From NCBI GenBank assembly GCA_964490105.1, contig CAZAZU010000001.1, forward strand, positions 434,361 through 498,360: DNA of 64,000 nucleotides. Reading direction: 5' to 3'. The stretch's first letter is position 1; every line of letters starts with the position of its first letter. Both the position numbers and the translations under genes were made by a program. Below are positions 19,000 through 30,170 of the stretch, in pieces. This DNA is from an uncultured Gammaproteobacteria bacterium (GTDB lineage Bacteria > Patescibacteriota > Microgenomatia > Levybacterales > UBA12049). The notes beneath the pieces are model-generated. The model was not told where the DNA came from, ran no database searches, and was given only the letters and a program-made list of their open reading frames with translations.

Positions 19000-20612
19000 G
19001 GCTTAGCGATCACTATCGCTGTTTCTCCATTTAAATAATTAATAGTTTTTAAAATTTTCCCGCTCCCTATATCTTCCGCGCGTCCTACAAACAAAGTATT
19101 TTCTAAATTCTGATCATTATTCCAGTCAATTTCCCTAAATTCATATTTACTAAAACTATGATTCCCCACTGTAGTTTTGGCATCCTGAAACTCAAGGGGC
19201 GGATATTTTAGATGAAACAAAAAGAAAATGTATGATTGATCCAAAGGTACCTCATTTGAAATAACAATTTTTTCATAGCCGTTTGCTTGAGATGATACAT
19301 ATTCTACAGCCTCCTTATATCCATATTGCCACTCTTTAGAATAATAATAATTCTGCTGAGAAAAATATTGATTTAAATAAAACAAGAAATTAAACAAAAC
19401 TAATAAAATTCCAAGACCGATTATCAAATATCTGAATGGATCCATTTTTACAAAACTTTTTAACCAAACTAAAAATGAATAAATTCCAAGTGCTGTAAAT
19501 ATTTGATAAGTTGGGAGAAAATTTAAAGTTCTTACTGCGTGCGGAACATCATTTGTAACCGCTGCTGGAATTGGAGAAATTAAAAACCACGAAAAAATAA
19601 ATAGTTTAGCTTTTTTACTGAATTTCCCAAATATTAAAAAATACAAACCTATTAAGATAAATGGTAATTCCCAAAGATATAAAAGCCCCATATTTGGAGC
19701 GTGATGGCGCGGCAAATCTCCTTCTATGAATAACCAATTCGGATTAAAATGTGATAGATAAGCACCAGCACTTTGTCTTAAATAAACCACTCGCCTATTA
19801 TCTAGAACCAAACCAATCAAATCATTATTTTCTTTATCAACTGATACCCTTTCTGCGGTGTGTGAGAAAAATTTATTTTCAGCGATAAAACTTGTGGATC
19901 TTGCCCTGTTAAGACTTTCGGGATTTTTAACCATCGAGAATAAAAGCGGCGCAACGGTTATTAATCCAATAATAACGAATGGGACTAAATATTTTCTTCC
20001 TAGCTCAAGCAATTCTTTTCTAAAAATTATTATTAGACTTAACATGAAAAGCGGAGCAAATATTTTTTCACTTTGATATGCGTAAATTGATAATCCGCTT
20101 ATAATTGCGGAGGCAAACAAAAGATACGGACGCTTTAATCCTTTTATAAATAAATAGGCAGTTAAAATATTTAGAAATACTCCTAGATTTGCTTCAAACG
20201 CCGTACGCGAAAATTGAATATGCCAAGGAGAAATCGCAAGAATAAACGCAGAAAGCAATGCGATTTTTTCATTTTTAAATAATTCTTTAATCAAAAGAAA
20301 TGTAAGTAGAACTGAAATTACTCCAATCGCCATTGAAGGAAATCTAATTGCAAAAGTAGAAACATCAAAAAGTATTACTGATGGAATTGCGAGATAAGCA
20401 TAAAGAGCAGGCTTGTAGTCACCAAATGACTTTAGGGTTGTTGGCAAAAAAATCCCATACTCATCTCTTCCAGTTGTTGCGATAGAATAAGCATTATACG
20501 CAAGAGATGCCTCATCCCAATCTGGACTGATTGGGACACTTCCCAACTGCCAGAATCTCAATGCAAAAGCTAAGAATAGAATAAAAATTAGTATAAATTT
20601 AGTTTTGAACAT
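18996..20612 (-). CDS. ArnT/PMT_2-family GT-C glycosyltransferase
   Basis: LRFW...SPDWDEA, GRDEYG, SFGDYKP, SPWHIQFSRTAFE, GDLPRHH, PHAVRT; ATG 20612 preferred. Confidence 0.85.
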   Translation of the reverse strand: MFKTKFILIFILFLAFALRFWQLGSVPISPDWDEASLAYNAYSIATTGRDEYGIFLPTTLKSFGDYKPALYAYLAIPSVILFDVSTFAIRFPSMAIGVISVLLTFLLIKELFKNEKIALLSAFILAISPWHIQFSRTAFEANLGVFLNILTAYLFIKGLKRPYLLFASAIISGLSIYAYQSEKIFAPLFMLSLIIIFRKELLELGRKYLVPFVIIGLITVAPLLFSMVKNPESLNRARSTSFIAENKFFSHTAERVSVDKENNDLIGLVLDNRRVVYLRQSAGAYLSHFNPNWLFIEGDLPRHHAPNMGLLYLWELPFILIGLYFLIFGKFSKKAKLFIFSWFLISPIPAAVTNDVPHAVRTLNFLPTYQIFTALGIYSFLVWLKSFVKMDPFRYLIIGLGILLVLFNFLFYLNQYFSQQNYYYSKEWQYGYKEAVEYVSSQANGYEKIVISNEVPLDQSYIFFLFHLKYPPLEFQDAKTTVGNHSFSKYEFREIDWNNDQNLENTLFVGRAEDIGSGKILKTINYLNGETAIVIAKP

Positions 20613-22257
20613 AAGCTGATAACATAGGCTTACCATCTGGCAAATCAAACTTTTTTAGAACTGTTACGTTCTCGGGAGTTTTATCCCACCGCTCTACATG
20701 AATACTATTTTTAGAATGTGAAACATTATTAAAGTTATATTTGCCGATTTTATTTACATGAACAAATCCAAAAACATCTCTTTTAATATCTGAATTTTTT
20801 CTATAAAACTTAGGGTCTATTTTATTATGGAATAAATAATAAATATGCGGTCTTCCCAATTCATCAGTGAAATAAATATTTTCATATTGGTCCTCTACTT
20901 CACTTAGATATTTAAAAGCCTCCTTATATCCGTAGTTCCAGTCTGCTGCAGATTCCCTGCCATAATGAGAATAGTAAGAATGTAAAAAATAAAATACATT
21001 TACAAAAAGTAAGAATAAAATTGAAACATACATTCCTGAAATCATTTGAGGCTTTAGTCTATTTTTAAGCTGATCTATAAAAAATACAAATCCTACTGCA
21101 GTTAAAATTTGAAAGGTTGGGAGAACCGTTTCGATTCTAAGCGCATGTGGAGTTTCTCTGGCTGTCGCCGCAGGAATAATTCCTAGAAGCAGCCAGATAG
21201 GAATTAACCAGTAATACCCTTCTTTTCGTTTGAACAATATGAAGGCGCCAATAATTAAGAACGGTAAATCCCAAATAAACAGCTGACCGATATCTTGAGT
21301 GGAAAACTTAGGATTTCCATCCCCTTTTATAAATAAGAAACTAGGATTTAGATTATCTAAATAATGCTTAACAAATTCTGTTCCGTAATAAACCCGTCTG
21401 TTATTAATAACTTTTGACCAAATGGCTCCGTCATCATTTTCTATTTTTTGATTTGCTGTTTTTACAATTTCAGGATTACTAAATATATTAACTTCTTGAT
21501 ATCTTAATTTTGCCTGAGGAGAAAAAAGAAAAGGAATTAAAGGAAGAAGTATAAGCAGACCAACAACAAGGGAAACAATAACCTCCCTTTTGGCTTTAAA
21601 TAGTTCCCTTCTAAAACCACCTACGAGAACCAAACCAATCAATGGAACAAAAATTCTCGCTGTGTTAAATACATAGAAAGAAACTGCAAATGAAATTGCT
21701 GATAAAACTAAAAGCCACATGTTTTTATTTATGGCGCGCAGGAATAATAAAATCCCTAAAACTATACAAAACGTAGAAACATTGGCTTCAAAAGCAGCGC
21801 GGGAAAGCATAATATGCCAAGGAGATACTCCTAAAAACAACGTGGAAAATAATGCCAGCTTTTCTTTATTCTCATTTTTATGAAAAATTTCTTTTACTAA
21901 AAAATAGGTCAGAAGAACAGTAAGAAATCCAAACAAAGCCGATGGCGAGCGGGTGGCAAATTCATTAAGTCCTAATAATTTTACAGGAACACTTGCTAGA
22001 TATGCATAAACTGGAGGCTTAAAATCACCAAACGATTCTATATATTTATAAGGAAAACTTACTCCAAATTCGTCTTTCCCGTCTATCCCTATCGTATACG
22101 CATTATATCCCCAAGCAGCTTCATCCCAATTTATAGACATTGGGATACCCCCAAGCTGCCAAAATCTTAACATAAATGCAATTAAAAGGATAATTATCAG
22201 GAAGAAACTATTCTTTCTTTTATTCTGAAGAAATTTATTAATAAATTCTTTTGACAT
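20599..22257 (-). CDS. ArnT/PMT_2-family GT-C glycosyltransferase
   Basis: INWDEA, GKDEFG, SFGDFKPP, SPWHIMLSRAAFE, GDGNP, PHALR. Confidence 0.85.
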   Translation of the reverse strand: MSKEFINKFLQNKRKNSFFLIIILLIAFMLRFWQLGGIPMSINWDEAAWGYNAYTIGIDGKDEFGVSFPYKYIESFGDFKPPVYAYLASVPVKLLGLNEFATRSPSALFGFLTVLLTYFLVKEIFHKNENKEKLALFSTLFLGVSPWHIMLSRAAFEANVSTFCIVLGILLFLRAINKNMWLLVLSAISFAVSFYVFNTARIFVPLIGLVLVGGFRRELFKAKREVIVSLVVGLLILLPLIPFLFSPQAKLRYQEVNIFSNPEIVKTANQKIENDDGAIWSKVINNRRVYYGTEFVKHYLDNLNPSFLFIKGDGNPKFSTQDIGQLFIWDLPFLIIGAFILFKRKEGYYWLIPIWLLLGIIPAATARETPHALRIETVLPTFQILTAVGFVFFIDQLKNRLKPQMISGMYVSILFLLFVNVFYFLHSYYSHYGRESAADWNYGYKEAFKYLSEVEDQYENIYFTDELGRPHIYYLFHNKIDPKFYRKNSDIKRDVFGFVHVNKIGKYNFNNVSHSKNSIHVERWDKTPENVTVLKKFDLPDGKPMLSAYVQN

Positions 22258-22263
22258 AAAGAA

Positions 22264-22965
22264 TTAGTCAACGAAGCGGTATTTAAAAAGAGTCCAAAGA
22301 GCAATTGAACCATCGTGGAATGTTCTTAATTTCTTACCCTCACTATAATCCCTGGGTACCGTTGTAATAGGAATTTCCAATATCTTGTAACCGGCTTTCA
22401 GAAGCTTAGCAGTAATCTCGGGCTCAAAATCAAATCTTCTTGCGTTTAATTTAAATTTTTTCCCTGCCTTTGCCGGGAAGAGTTTATAGCATGTCTCCAT
22501 GTCTGTTAACCAGCTGCCGTATAAAACACTTGTTAACAAACTTAATGATCTGTTGCCAATATAATGCAAAAAAAATCTTCCGGTTCTTTCTTCACTCTTC
22601 ATATGCGGAAGTCTTTTAAGCCTCGTACCATACACGACGTCAGCTTTTTTCTCAAGAATTGGCTCCATAAGCACAGGAATAAAATTAGGATCGTATTCCA
22701 GATCTGCATCCTGAATGATAATATAGTCTCCGCTTGATTCATCAATTCCTCTTTTTACAGCAGCCCCCTTCCCCATATTCGCTGGCTGTTTAAAAAGTTT
22801 TATTCCATCTTTTGGAAGATGATTTAAAGTTTTATCGGTTGAGCCATCGTCTACAACTATAATTTCAGTTTCTACATCCTTAATTTTTACAGCTTTAACT
22901 CTCTTAATTATTTCACTAATAGTTTTTTCTTCATTGAAAACTGGAATTATAATGGATAATTTCAT
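22264..22965 (-). CDS. GT2 glycosyltransferase, DPM1-like
   Basis: IIPVFNE, VDDGSTD, GKGAA, IQDADLEYDP, TDMETCYK, FDFEPE, EGKK. Confidence 0.88.
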   Translation of the reverse strand: MKLSIIIPVFNEEKTISEIIKRVKAVKIKDVETEIIVVDDGSTDKTLNHLPKDGIKLFKQPANMGKGAAVKRGIDESSGDYIIIQDADLEYDPNFIPVLMEPILEKKADVVYGTRLKRLPHMKSEERTGRFFLHYIGNRSLSLLTSVLYGSWLTDMETCYKLFPAKAGKKFKLNARRFDFEPEITAKLLKAGYKILEIPITTVPRDYSEGKKLRTFHDGSIALWTLFKYRFVD

Positions 22966-24890
22966 AATGTTTTGTAAAGAGAGTAATTAGATTTTTGAAA
23001 AATTAACTCGATGTTTTCGAGCTTATCAAAACAAGGGGTTTTCTTCAAGTCTAAGATATATGATGTTTCAATTTGCTCTAATCTTTTACTAATATCTGCT
23101 TCCAGGTCCCCAACATTCTGACATTTATCAAGTAGCTCGCTTATGTCTCCCACATTTTTCTTCCTAGTTTTAATTTCCTCATCTATTCCACCGAATTCCA
23201 TGAGCTCTGGTTCAAAATATAATGAGCGCTCAGAGAGCCCTGAAATTATTGGAGCCAAATATGGGGCAGAATAAACATCTCCATTTTTTTCCACATTTAA
23301 AACCAATATACTTTGATCTTTTGGAATTTTTGATAGTTCTTTGGAAACTTCAACCAAATTTAAATCAATCTTATAAGGATTATTTGAATAAATATCTATA
23401 AGCCTTAAGTTATCCGGCAAACTTAGTAAAATAATTACTAAAATAATGATTCCAAGCTTAAGATTATTAATTTTTCCTAATATTTTTGTTAATGAAAATG
23501 CAGTTGGAATTAGCAGAATAAAATATCCAATCCAAAGAAATTGAAGAACCACAAAAACAGCAGTGCTTTGAATAAAAAAACTTGGAATTAAAAAACTAAG
23601 TAATATTAAAAACCCCAAAAAAAGATTTCTCTCAGTATATAAATTTTTATCCAAAAGTTTTTTTACATAGAGCAGATTAACCAATCTCACCCCAAGACTT
23701 GGTAAATAAAATAATGGAAGTATTAGAATAAATTTATAAAAAATAATTTTAATATAATTATCATGTGCTTCAAAAACCAAAAGCCTTTGATACCAATCAA
23801 GCTGATAAATAGCAGCAATGCTTTCCAAGTAATGTCTGTATAGAAGATTTGGAGCAAAAATCAATCTCCCTGAACCAAAATTTATCGGGAGGTATGTGAG
23901 CGCAAATATAACCCCCCCAAATAAAATCACAGGAAGATAATATAAATCTTTTTTTCTAATTAGTCTTATTAAGAAAATTATTCCAATACTTAAAAATGCA
24001 AGAAATCCAGTATAAATTTTTATCATTGGGAGAACACTAAGAACTATCGCAGCCAAAATAAATGAGTATTTAGTTTTTGCTGAGAAAACTAAAATGTAGA
24101 AAGCAAATAATAACGAGACAGAAAGTATCACTGATGGGTCTACTATATTTGCAATTGTTTGAACGATTCCCGGATCCATAGAAATCTTATCTGGGAAAAC
24201 GAATCTGGAGAAACTCTGAGCAAAATATAAAAGTGTTATAAAAATCAACTGAGATTCTCTTTTCATTCCCATAAATCTCCCAAGAGCAAGACCTGAGAGT
24301 CCATAAAATGCTGATAGAGCTACCGGGAAAAATCTAAAGAATAAATCTAGAACTTCTAGTCTGTAAAACTTAGAAAAATATGCCACGACTAAATCATAAA
24401 AAAAGTTATATCCATTTAAAGGAAGCCCAAAAAGTCCAGGATGAGTCGGGGGGAAATTTGATTTAAGATTTCCAATCAAACTTAAATGATAAATTGCATC
24501 AACAGTATTTACGCCGTAAAAAACTAAATTATTATTTTCGATAGAACCTGATCTCCACATTAAATAACTTGTAAGAATAGTTCCTGCTAGGATAATTAAA
24601 GTTTCTATTTTTAATATTTTTCTGAAGTCAAAACTTGGAAATCTTCCAACACTTTTAATAAATACAGGAATGCAGAAAATTAGAAAAATATTGTAGTAAA
24701 ACTCAAGATGGATCCAGGAAAGCAGGTAACTCGCAATCATAAAAAGAGCAATTCCAACCGAAGAACTTAATACTATATTTGTTAAATTATCTCTTGCAGA
24801 AAATTTAAATAATCTTAGAAGAAGGAAGCCTGGAATATAGAATGTAAAAATTAATAAAAAGAAAAAATAAATAAAATTTAGAATTATCAT
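22962..24890 (-). CDS. Multi-TM GT-C-like membrane protein (related to 1682..3517)
   Basis: VDAIYH...FPPTHP...YNFFYD loop motif, many TMs and a soluble C-terminal domain. Confidence 0.6.
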   Translation of the reverse strand: MIILNFIYFFFLLIFTFYIPGFLLLRLFKFSARDNLTNIVLSSSVGIALFMIASYLLSWIHLEFYYNIFLIFCIPVFIKSVGRFPSFDFRKILKIETLIILAGTILTSYLMWRSGSIENNNLVFYGVNTVDAIYHLSLIGNLKSNFPPTHPGLFGLPLNGYNFFYDLVVAYFSKFYRLEVLDLFFRFFPVALSAFYGLSGLALGRFMGMKRESQLIFITLLYFAQSFSRFVFPDKISMDPGIVQTIANIVDPSVILSVSLLFAFYILVFSAKTKYSFILAAIVLSVLPMIKIYTGFLAFLSIGIIFLIRLIRKKDLYYLPVILFGGVIFALTYLPINFGSGRLIFAPNLLYRHYLESIAAIYQLDWYQRLLVFEAHDNYIKIIFYKFILILPLFYLPSLGVRLVNLLYVKKLLDKNLYTERNLFLGFLILLSFLIPSFFIQSTAVFVVLQFLWIGYFILLIPTAFSLTKILGKINNLKLGIIILVIILLSLPDNLRLIDIYSNNPYKIDLNLVEVSKELSKIPKDQSILVLNVEKNGDVYSAPYLAPIISGLSERSLYFEPELMEFGGIDEEIKTRKKNVGDISELLDKCQNVGDLEADISKRLEQIETSYILDLKKTPCFDKLENIELIFQKSNYSLYKTL

Positions 24891-25816
24891 GAGGTTAATT
24901 TACCTAAAACTTCATTATCTGAAATAACAAACTGCTTTCTATGCTTAGATCTTAAATTTAATACTTTACGCAACATAAAAAGTGCATCAATAAATCCCAG
25001 TACTAATGCCTTGTCCCCTCTTATTCCATTTACTAAGTGGTAAGGAAGCCAAATAAGATGGTGATTGATTTTTCTAGGGTCGGCATTTTTCCAAACAAAA
25101 ATAAATTGATTTCTATATGCAATTCTTTTTACTTGATTTGGTGTGTATTTGCTTTTAATAGCCCCCTTTTCATGCTCATGTCGAACTACGCTTTTCCCCT
25201 CAAACAGTGTCTTAAAGCCCGCCCTTTGGGCCCTATACGAAATATCTATATCCTCCCAGTAAAATGGGTCATACACTTCATCAAGTCCCCCTAACTTATC
25301 CCAAATTTTCCTGCTGAAAGCTCCGCTTCCTCCGCTTATCCAAAGGGTGTTTGTTTTTTCAAGATCTCCAGCTCTATGCATCAAAAAACCTTTTTCCCAT
25401 TTTCCTATCCCCCTTCCTCTTAAAACAATTTTTCCTTCTTCAACGCTTTCATTCAAACATCCAACGGCAAAAACTGAATCATCAGAAAAATGTTCAATTA
25501 ATGGTTTTAAAAATGAATTATTAGCGATTACATCAGTATTTAATAAAACTATAATTTCTCCGCTGGATGCATTAACACCCTTATTTACATTAGTCGAAAA
25601 TCCCTTATTCTTATCGCTTTTTACTAATTTTAAGCTTTTATTTTCTTTTATAAATTCTTCGATTACCTGGATGGAGCCATCTTCTGAGCAATCATCAGCT
25701 ATAACAACTTCGATTTTATTATCGCTAAAATTATCGACTGCTTTTAACAATACTGGAAGATTTTTTTTGAGAATTTCCTCCCCATTATAATTTGGAACTA
25801 CAATGCTTATTTTCAT
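24887..25816 (-). CDS. GT2 glycosyltransferase (WbbL/rhamnosyltransferase-like)
   Basis: VPNYNG, ADDCSED, NKGFS, LLNTD, LGGLDE...WEDIDISYRA. Confidence 0.85.
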   Translation of the reverse strand: MKISIVVPNYNGEEILKKNLPVLLKAVDNFSDNKIEVVIADDCSEDGSIQVIEEFIKENKSLKLVKSDKNKGFSTNVNKGVNASSGEIIVLLNTDVIANNSFLKPLIEHFSDDSVFAVGCLNESVEEGKIVLRGRGIGKWEKGFLMHRAGDLEKTNTLWISGGSGAFSRKIWDKLGGLDEVYDPFYWEDIDISYRAQRAGFKTLFEGKSVVRHEHEKGAIKSKYTPNQVKRIAYRNQFIFVWKNADPRKINHHLIWLPYHLVNGIRGDKALVLGFIDALFMLRKVLNLRSKHRKQFVISDNEVLGKLTS

Positions 25817-28071
25817 AATATGTTTTTATAAAAAGTGATCACTTGTTTACCACCAGGAATAAATATGCCTCGAAAATTATAATTAGTCCTAATTATCATA
25901 CCCTCTGAATCGTATCCTTCTATTTTAACATGCCAACCTGGATAATATGAATCAGATAGCACTAAAAATCCTGAGCCTTTGGTTTCTATATTAGTCTCCA
26001 CTACAATTTTATTATCAGTGTAACTTAGAGTCTTTACAGACCCATCAGAAAGATTGTCGCTTGGGCCAAATTCTTCTTCAACTATTGCAGTATTAGAAGG
26101 ATCAAAAAGAGGGTCAAACATTAACTTTATAGCCTCCTCTTTACTCGACGCGCTAATTACATTCTGTACCAAAAAAGCACGTGGCAAAACATTTTTATTT
26201 TCATAAACCTTAGTAGTCCCTTCTTCAAAAACCTTAACAAAGCCATCTTCATTTAAGTCGTCCAAACTTAAAACATATTTAACGCCAAGCAAATCAATTA
26301 GATTTCCTGAAAAATTTTCAATCCTAACGATCCTATTAAATCCATACGGCGGCTCTATATTTGGCCCATTTCTGTTAATAGCAGAAATTAGCTCGGCATA
26401 TCGATTTAAGAAAAGTGGATCATAACCTTCAACTGTCTGGATTCTATAAACTGAAGAAAAATTCGGAGGAAGAATTCTAGCGTCCGTTGTCGCAATTCTA
26501 TGATTTCCAATATTTTGAGAAATAAAATCTAAAGTTTTTGTATTCGGAAATAAATATTCTGGTTTTGAAAATGTATTAAACTTCCAAGAAAATCTGAAGA
26601 GATCTATAACAGTTAAGAGAATAATTAAACAAAGAATATATCTCTTAAATTCTTTTCTGGATTTAATAAATAAAAATAATAAAATTGCAGATGCACCAAA
26701 AACAATTGACGGAAATATTAAATTCCTCTTTGATACTAGTAAATTTTCTTGTTTTATCCCAAACTGATTTCCAATTTGAATAAAAATAAATATTCCCCCA
26801 AGAATTAGTGCAATAGATGTTAGCGGAATAATTAATTCTTTTATCTTTTCTTTTTTTATTAAATAATTAAGCCCAAGTGCTGCAAGAATTGATAATGAAA
26901 AGTTTACTAAAAAAATTAATCTAGTTGGCTGGGCTGAGGAGATAAAAGGAATTTCCAAAATGAATGGTAACCTGGAAATAAAATTAGGCAAAGTAAATAA
27001 AAGTGAGACAAAAAACAGACCACCAAAAAAATAAGTCTTCTTATCTCTTCTAAAAATTAGAGCTAAAATTACAAGAATAAGCGGAATTATTCCAAGATAT
27101 GCTGTCAGCTCTCCGTAATTCCATACCCCCCAATAATTTAAAGTTGTGGGATTTCCAAAAAAATCAGGTACCAAAAATTGAACTAAATTTTGCCAAGGCA
27201 AAAACCATCCTTCTTTTTGCCATAGTATTTGGTCCAAACTTCTTGCTGAAAGAGATATAAGTTTAAAGGTCGGAATTAGTTGAACTGAAGTAATTAAAAG
27301 AGTAATAAACCAGGTTATTAAAAAAACAATTCCAACTTTTTTATTTTTTTTACTCTGCCATATTCGAATAAGCAGATAAACAGAAGAGACTAATGACAGA
27401 TAGAAAAAGGTTTGAAGATGACCTGCAAAAAATGATGAAATACTTGAAAAAATAAGAATCCCCGACCAAGCAGATATTTTTTTAATATTTTTAGAAATTA
27501 TAATTTTATCAATTGATAATAAAATTAAAGGCAGCCATAAACCTGTATGAAGTATATTTCCCCATTCAAGCCATGTTGTAAAAAATCCTGAAAAAGAAAA
27601 TACAACTGAACCTAATAGACTGGAATAAATATCAAGCTTTAAGCTCCTTAGATATAGAAACAGAAAAATCCCAGCTAGCAATGGCTGGAGTATAATAAAA
27701 AAAGACCAGGAATAATTAAATGGCAAGATTAAAAATAATATGTTTAAAGGGTAAAAAACAGCAGACTGGAAATTTGCTAAAAGTGGGGTACCGGAAAATG
27801 AATACGGATTCCACATTGGAAGCTCTCTTTTTTTCAAACTTTCTATGGATAAATCTTTCCAAGGGTATTGCTGTCTAACGGGATCGGTAATTAGAAAGTT
27901 CTTATATGGAATCCCATTCGAGTAATCTTTAGCATACAAATCCCTATATGGATGATAAAGACCAATTATGGTGTCAGATGGGATCGGAAGAAATCCTTTT
28001 GCAAAAAATTGCCAAAAAAAGACAAATACAAAAAAGATAATTACTAAATAAGGAATTATTCCCCTAATCAT
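25813..28071 (-). CDS. YfhO-family membrane protein (GT-C-like)
   Basis: DPVRQQYPW, PMWNPYSFSGTPLLAN...FYPL, AGHLQ, LPRAF, LVLSDSYYPGW, NFRG. Confidence 0.82.
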   Translation of the reverse strand: MIRGIIPYLVIIFFVFVFFWQFFAKGFLPIPSDTIIGLYHPYRDLYAKDYSNGIPYKNFLITDPVRQQYPWKDLSIESLKKRELPMWNPYSFSGTPLLANFQSAVFYPLNILFLILPFNYSWSFFIILQPLLAGIFLFLYLRSLKLDIYSSLLGSVVFSFSGFFTTWLEWGNILHTGLWLPLILLSIDKIIISKNIKKISAWSGILIFSSISSFFAGHLQTFFYLSLVSSVYLLIRIWQSKKNKKVGIVFLITWFITLLITSVQLIPTFKLISLSARSLDQILWQKEGWFLPWQNLVQFLVPDFFGNPTTLNYWGVWNYGELTAYLGIIPLILVILALIFRRDKKTYFFGGLFFVSLLFTLPNFISRLPFILEIPFISSAQPTRLIFLVNFSLSILAALGLNYLIKKEKIKELIIPLTSIALILGGIFIFIQIGNQFGIKQENLLVSKRNLIFPSIVFGASAILLFLFIKSRKEFKRYILCLIILLTVIDLFRFSWKFNTFSKPEYLFPNTKTLDFISQNIGNHRIATTDARILPPNFSSVYRIQTVEGYDPLFLNRYAELISAINRNGPNIEPPYGFNRIVRIENFSGNLIDLLGVKYVLSLDDLNEDGFVKVFEEGTTKVYENKNVLPRAFLVQNVISASSKEEAIKLMFDPLFDPSNTAIVEEEFGPSDNLSDGSVKTLSYTDNKIVVETNIETKGSGFLVLSDSYYPGWHVKIEGYDSEGMIIRTNYNFRGIFIPGGKQVITFYKNIL

Positions 28072-29131
28072 TTATAAATCCGCTTACGGTCTCTGAAAAT
28101 TTTTCTTCACTAAAATCTTTAGCTTTTTCTTTTGCATTTTTAGATAAATCATTTAAAAGTTTTTCATTATTTATTAATTCTAAGGTTTTGATTTGAAGCT
28201 CCTCCAGCGTGTCCCAAAGAAAACCATTCACGGAATTTTTTACAATCTCTCTTTGTCCTCCTGCATTTATAACCACTGGCACTGCTCCTGCACCCATTGC
28301 CTCAACTGTTGAGATTCCAAAATGCTCAGCGAACTCGGGGTGAATTTTTAAATCCTCACCATACCCGCTCGCATGCCAGTAAATCTTGGCCTGGCCATAA
28401 ATATCCCAGAGTGCATCATTTGATTTGTTAACAAGAAATTCAACTGGATAATTTTTAGCGAAGTTTTTCATGCCCTCAAACTCTTTTATATCTTTTTCAT
28501 TTACACTAACCGCTAAAACAAACTTCCAGCCTTTCAGACCCTTATCTACCATTTTCTTAAATTCACTCACCATAACATGCTGCTTTTTATAATCGTCATT
28601 AATTACATTTCTTGTTCTGAATCGGCCTACATGAAGAATAATATTTTCTTTTTTTGTGTTCGTCGATTTAATTCTTACTGGAGGGAAAAGAATTTTAGTT
28701 TTCAGATGAAACTTATCATCGATAAATGATTTTGTATAATTTGAGTTACAGAAAAAGACACTTACCCTCTTAACCTTAAGTTTACCGACTAGCGAATTTG
28801 ACTGCATCCTATCTAATGGCTGCTGAATATGAACTAGCAACCTTGGATAAACTAACGGAATTGATCCATCGCTTAAAATAATTATTCTGTCATATTTTTT
28901 TGAAACCAAAAACCTCTGTAAAGTGGAAAATTTAGGTGAAAAAATATTAGGAACGATTTTAACCTTTGATAAGTTTAGGGAAAATCTTTTTAGCAACCCA
29001 TCGAGATCAGATTTATTGTCCCAGAATACATCAACATCATTCTTTTGAGACAAAACCTGGGCAATAGTCATCATATACTTCTCGCCTCCTCCTAAATCGT
29101 CCAAATAAGGATCGAAAATACCAATCTTCAT
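28064..29131 (-). CDS. GT4 (GT-B) glycosyltransferase
   Basis: LGGGEKY, CNSNYT, HVGRF, EHFGISTVEAMGAG (EX7E); ATG 29131 favoured by the upstream TGnTAGAAT. Confidence 0.88.
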   Translation of the reverse strand: MKIGIFDPYLDDLGGGEKYMMTIAQVLSQKNDVDVFWDNKSDLDGLLKRFSLNLSKVKIVPNIFSPKFSTLQRFLVSKKYDRIIILSDGSIPLVYPRLLVHIQQPLDRMQSNSLVGKLKVKRVSVFFCNSNYTKSFIDDKFHLKTKILFPPVRIKSTNTKKENIILHVGRFRTRNVINDDYKKQHVMVSEFKKMVDKGLKGWKFVLAVSVNEKDIKEFEGMKNFAKNYPVEFLVNKSNDALWDIYGQAKIYWHASGYGEDLKIHPEFAEHFGISTVEAMGAGAVPVVINAGGQREIVKNSVNGFLWDTLEELQIKTLELINNEKLLNDLSKNAKEKAKDFSEEKFSETVSGFIND

Positions 29132-29187
29132 ATAATTCATTCTAACAATTTTTGATTTTTTATCAAAGTTTATGCTAGGATTAAGTT

Positions 29188-29427
29188 ATGAATTTTATGA
29201 GCCCAATACCAGGAGTTAATCCGTTTTTAGTGGCTGCACTTTTAATTTGGTCGTTGTTTTGGAAAAGTTTGGCACTATGGAGAGCGGCTAAGGGAAATCA
29301 AAGATATTGGTTTGTGGGCCTTTTATTAATAAATTCTTTTGGAGTTCTTGAACTCATCTACTTGCTTAGATTCGCAAAAAACAAACTTACTGTCCAGGAA
29401 ATAAAAGAAAAAAAATTTCTCCCTTAA
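29188..29427 (+). CDS. DUF5652-family small membrane protein
   Basis: WSLFWKSLALWRAAK...WF...NSFGVLELIY signature; 79 aa with two TMs. Confidence 0.75.
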   Translation: MNFMSPIPGVNPFLVAALLIWSLFWKSLALWRAAKGNQRYWFVGLLLINSFGVLELIYLLRFAKNKLTVQEIKEKKFLP

Positions 29428-30170
29428 TTTTTCTTATTCTGAATCTCCCAGAGCTTTGCATAAGTAATAAACGTACTAAAAGACTGATAAATACTCTCAA
29501 TTAGCCCAACTACACCCATCCTATACCCCTTATGCGAGATAAATGAAGTCAGAAAGCTTGTGATCATGACTCTGGGAAATCTCCACCAGCTCATCTTTGG
29601 ATGATTTGATTCAACTCGTATTTTGCTTTCCACATCTGACCATTCAATCGTTTTCTTTAACATCTGAGACAAATTCCGATGCGTAAAGTGAAGAATGGCT
29701 CCGTCAAGACTACCTATATCTCCATCCACAACTGGACTTTCGTGAATTTCACCACGCCATCCCATTAATTTCTCTTTTTTAAACAATCTTTCAAGCCTTT
29801 CTATTTTTGGCCATGCGTTCTCTCCTAAATAAAAATTTTTCCTGTTAATTCTGTATGCTGAGTACGAAGAATTAGATTTTATTTCGTACAAAATGCTTTT
29901 TCTTAATGCTTCATCGACTCTCTCATCAGCATCAATATATAAAATATAATCATGGATAGCGCTTTCCTTACCGATATTTCGAAGCTCTGAAAAGCTGCTT
30001 GCTTTTGACTTAAATACTTTAGCCTTATACTTTTGGGCAATTTCTAGAGTCTTGTCAGTTGAATAATTATCAATTATTAAAATTTCATCACAAAAACTTA
30101 GACTTTTTAATGCGTCATCAAGCATTTCCTCCTCATTTTTAGTTATTATAATTCCTGAAATTTTTGCCAT
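29424..30170 (-). CDS. GT2 glycosyltransferase (KdtX/WaaE-like)
   Basis: IITKNEE, IDNYSTD, FSELRN, IDADE, IHE, YAKLWE. Confidence 0.85.
   Translation of the reverse strand: MAKISGIIITKNEEEMLDDALKSLSFCDEILIIDNYSTDKTLEIAQKYKAKVFKSKASSFSELRNIGKESAIHDYILYIDADERVDEALRKSILYEIKSNSSYSAYRINRKNFYLGENAWPKIERLERLFKKEKLMGWRGEIHESPVVDGDIGSLDGAILHFTHRNLSQMLKKTIEWSDVESKIRVESNHPKMSWWRFPRVMITSFLTSFISHKGYRMGVVGLIESIYQSFSTFITYAKLWEIQNKKN

Noticed and set aside
23912-23918. C7 tract and many A/T runs in GT genes as phase-variation sites
   Set aside because: The tracts are short, expected at this AT content, and all reading frames are intact
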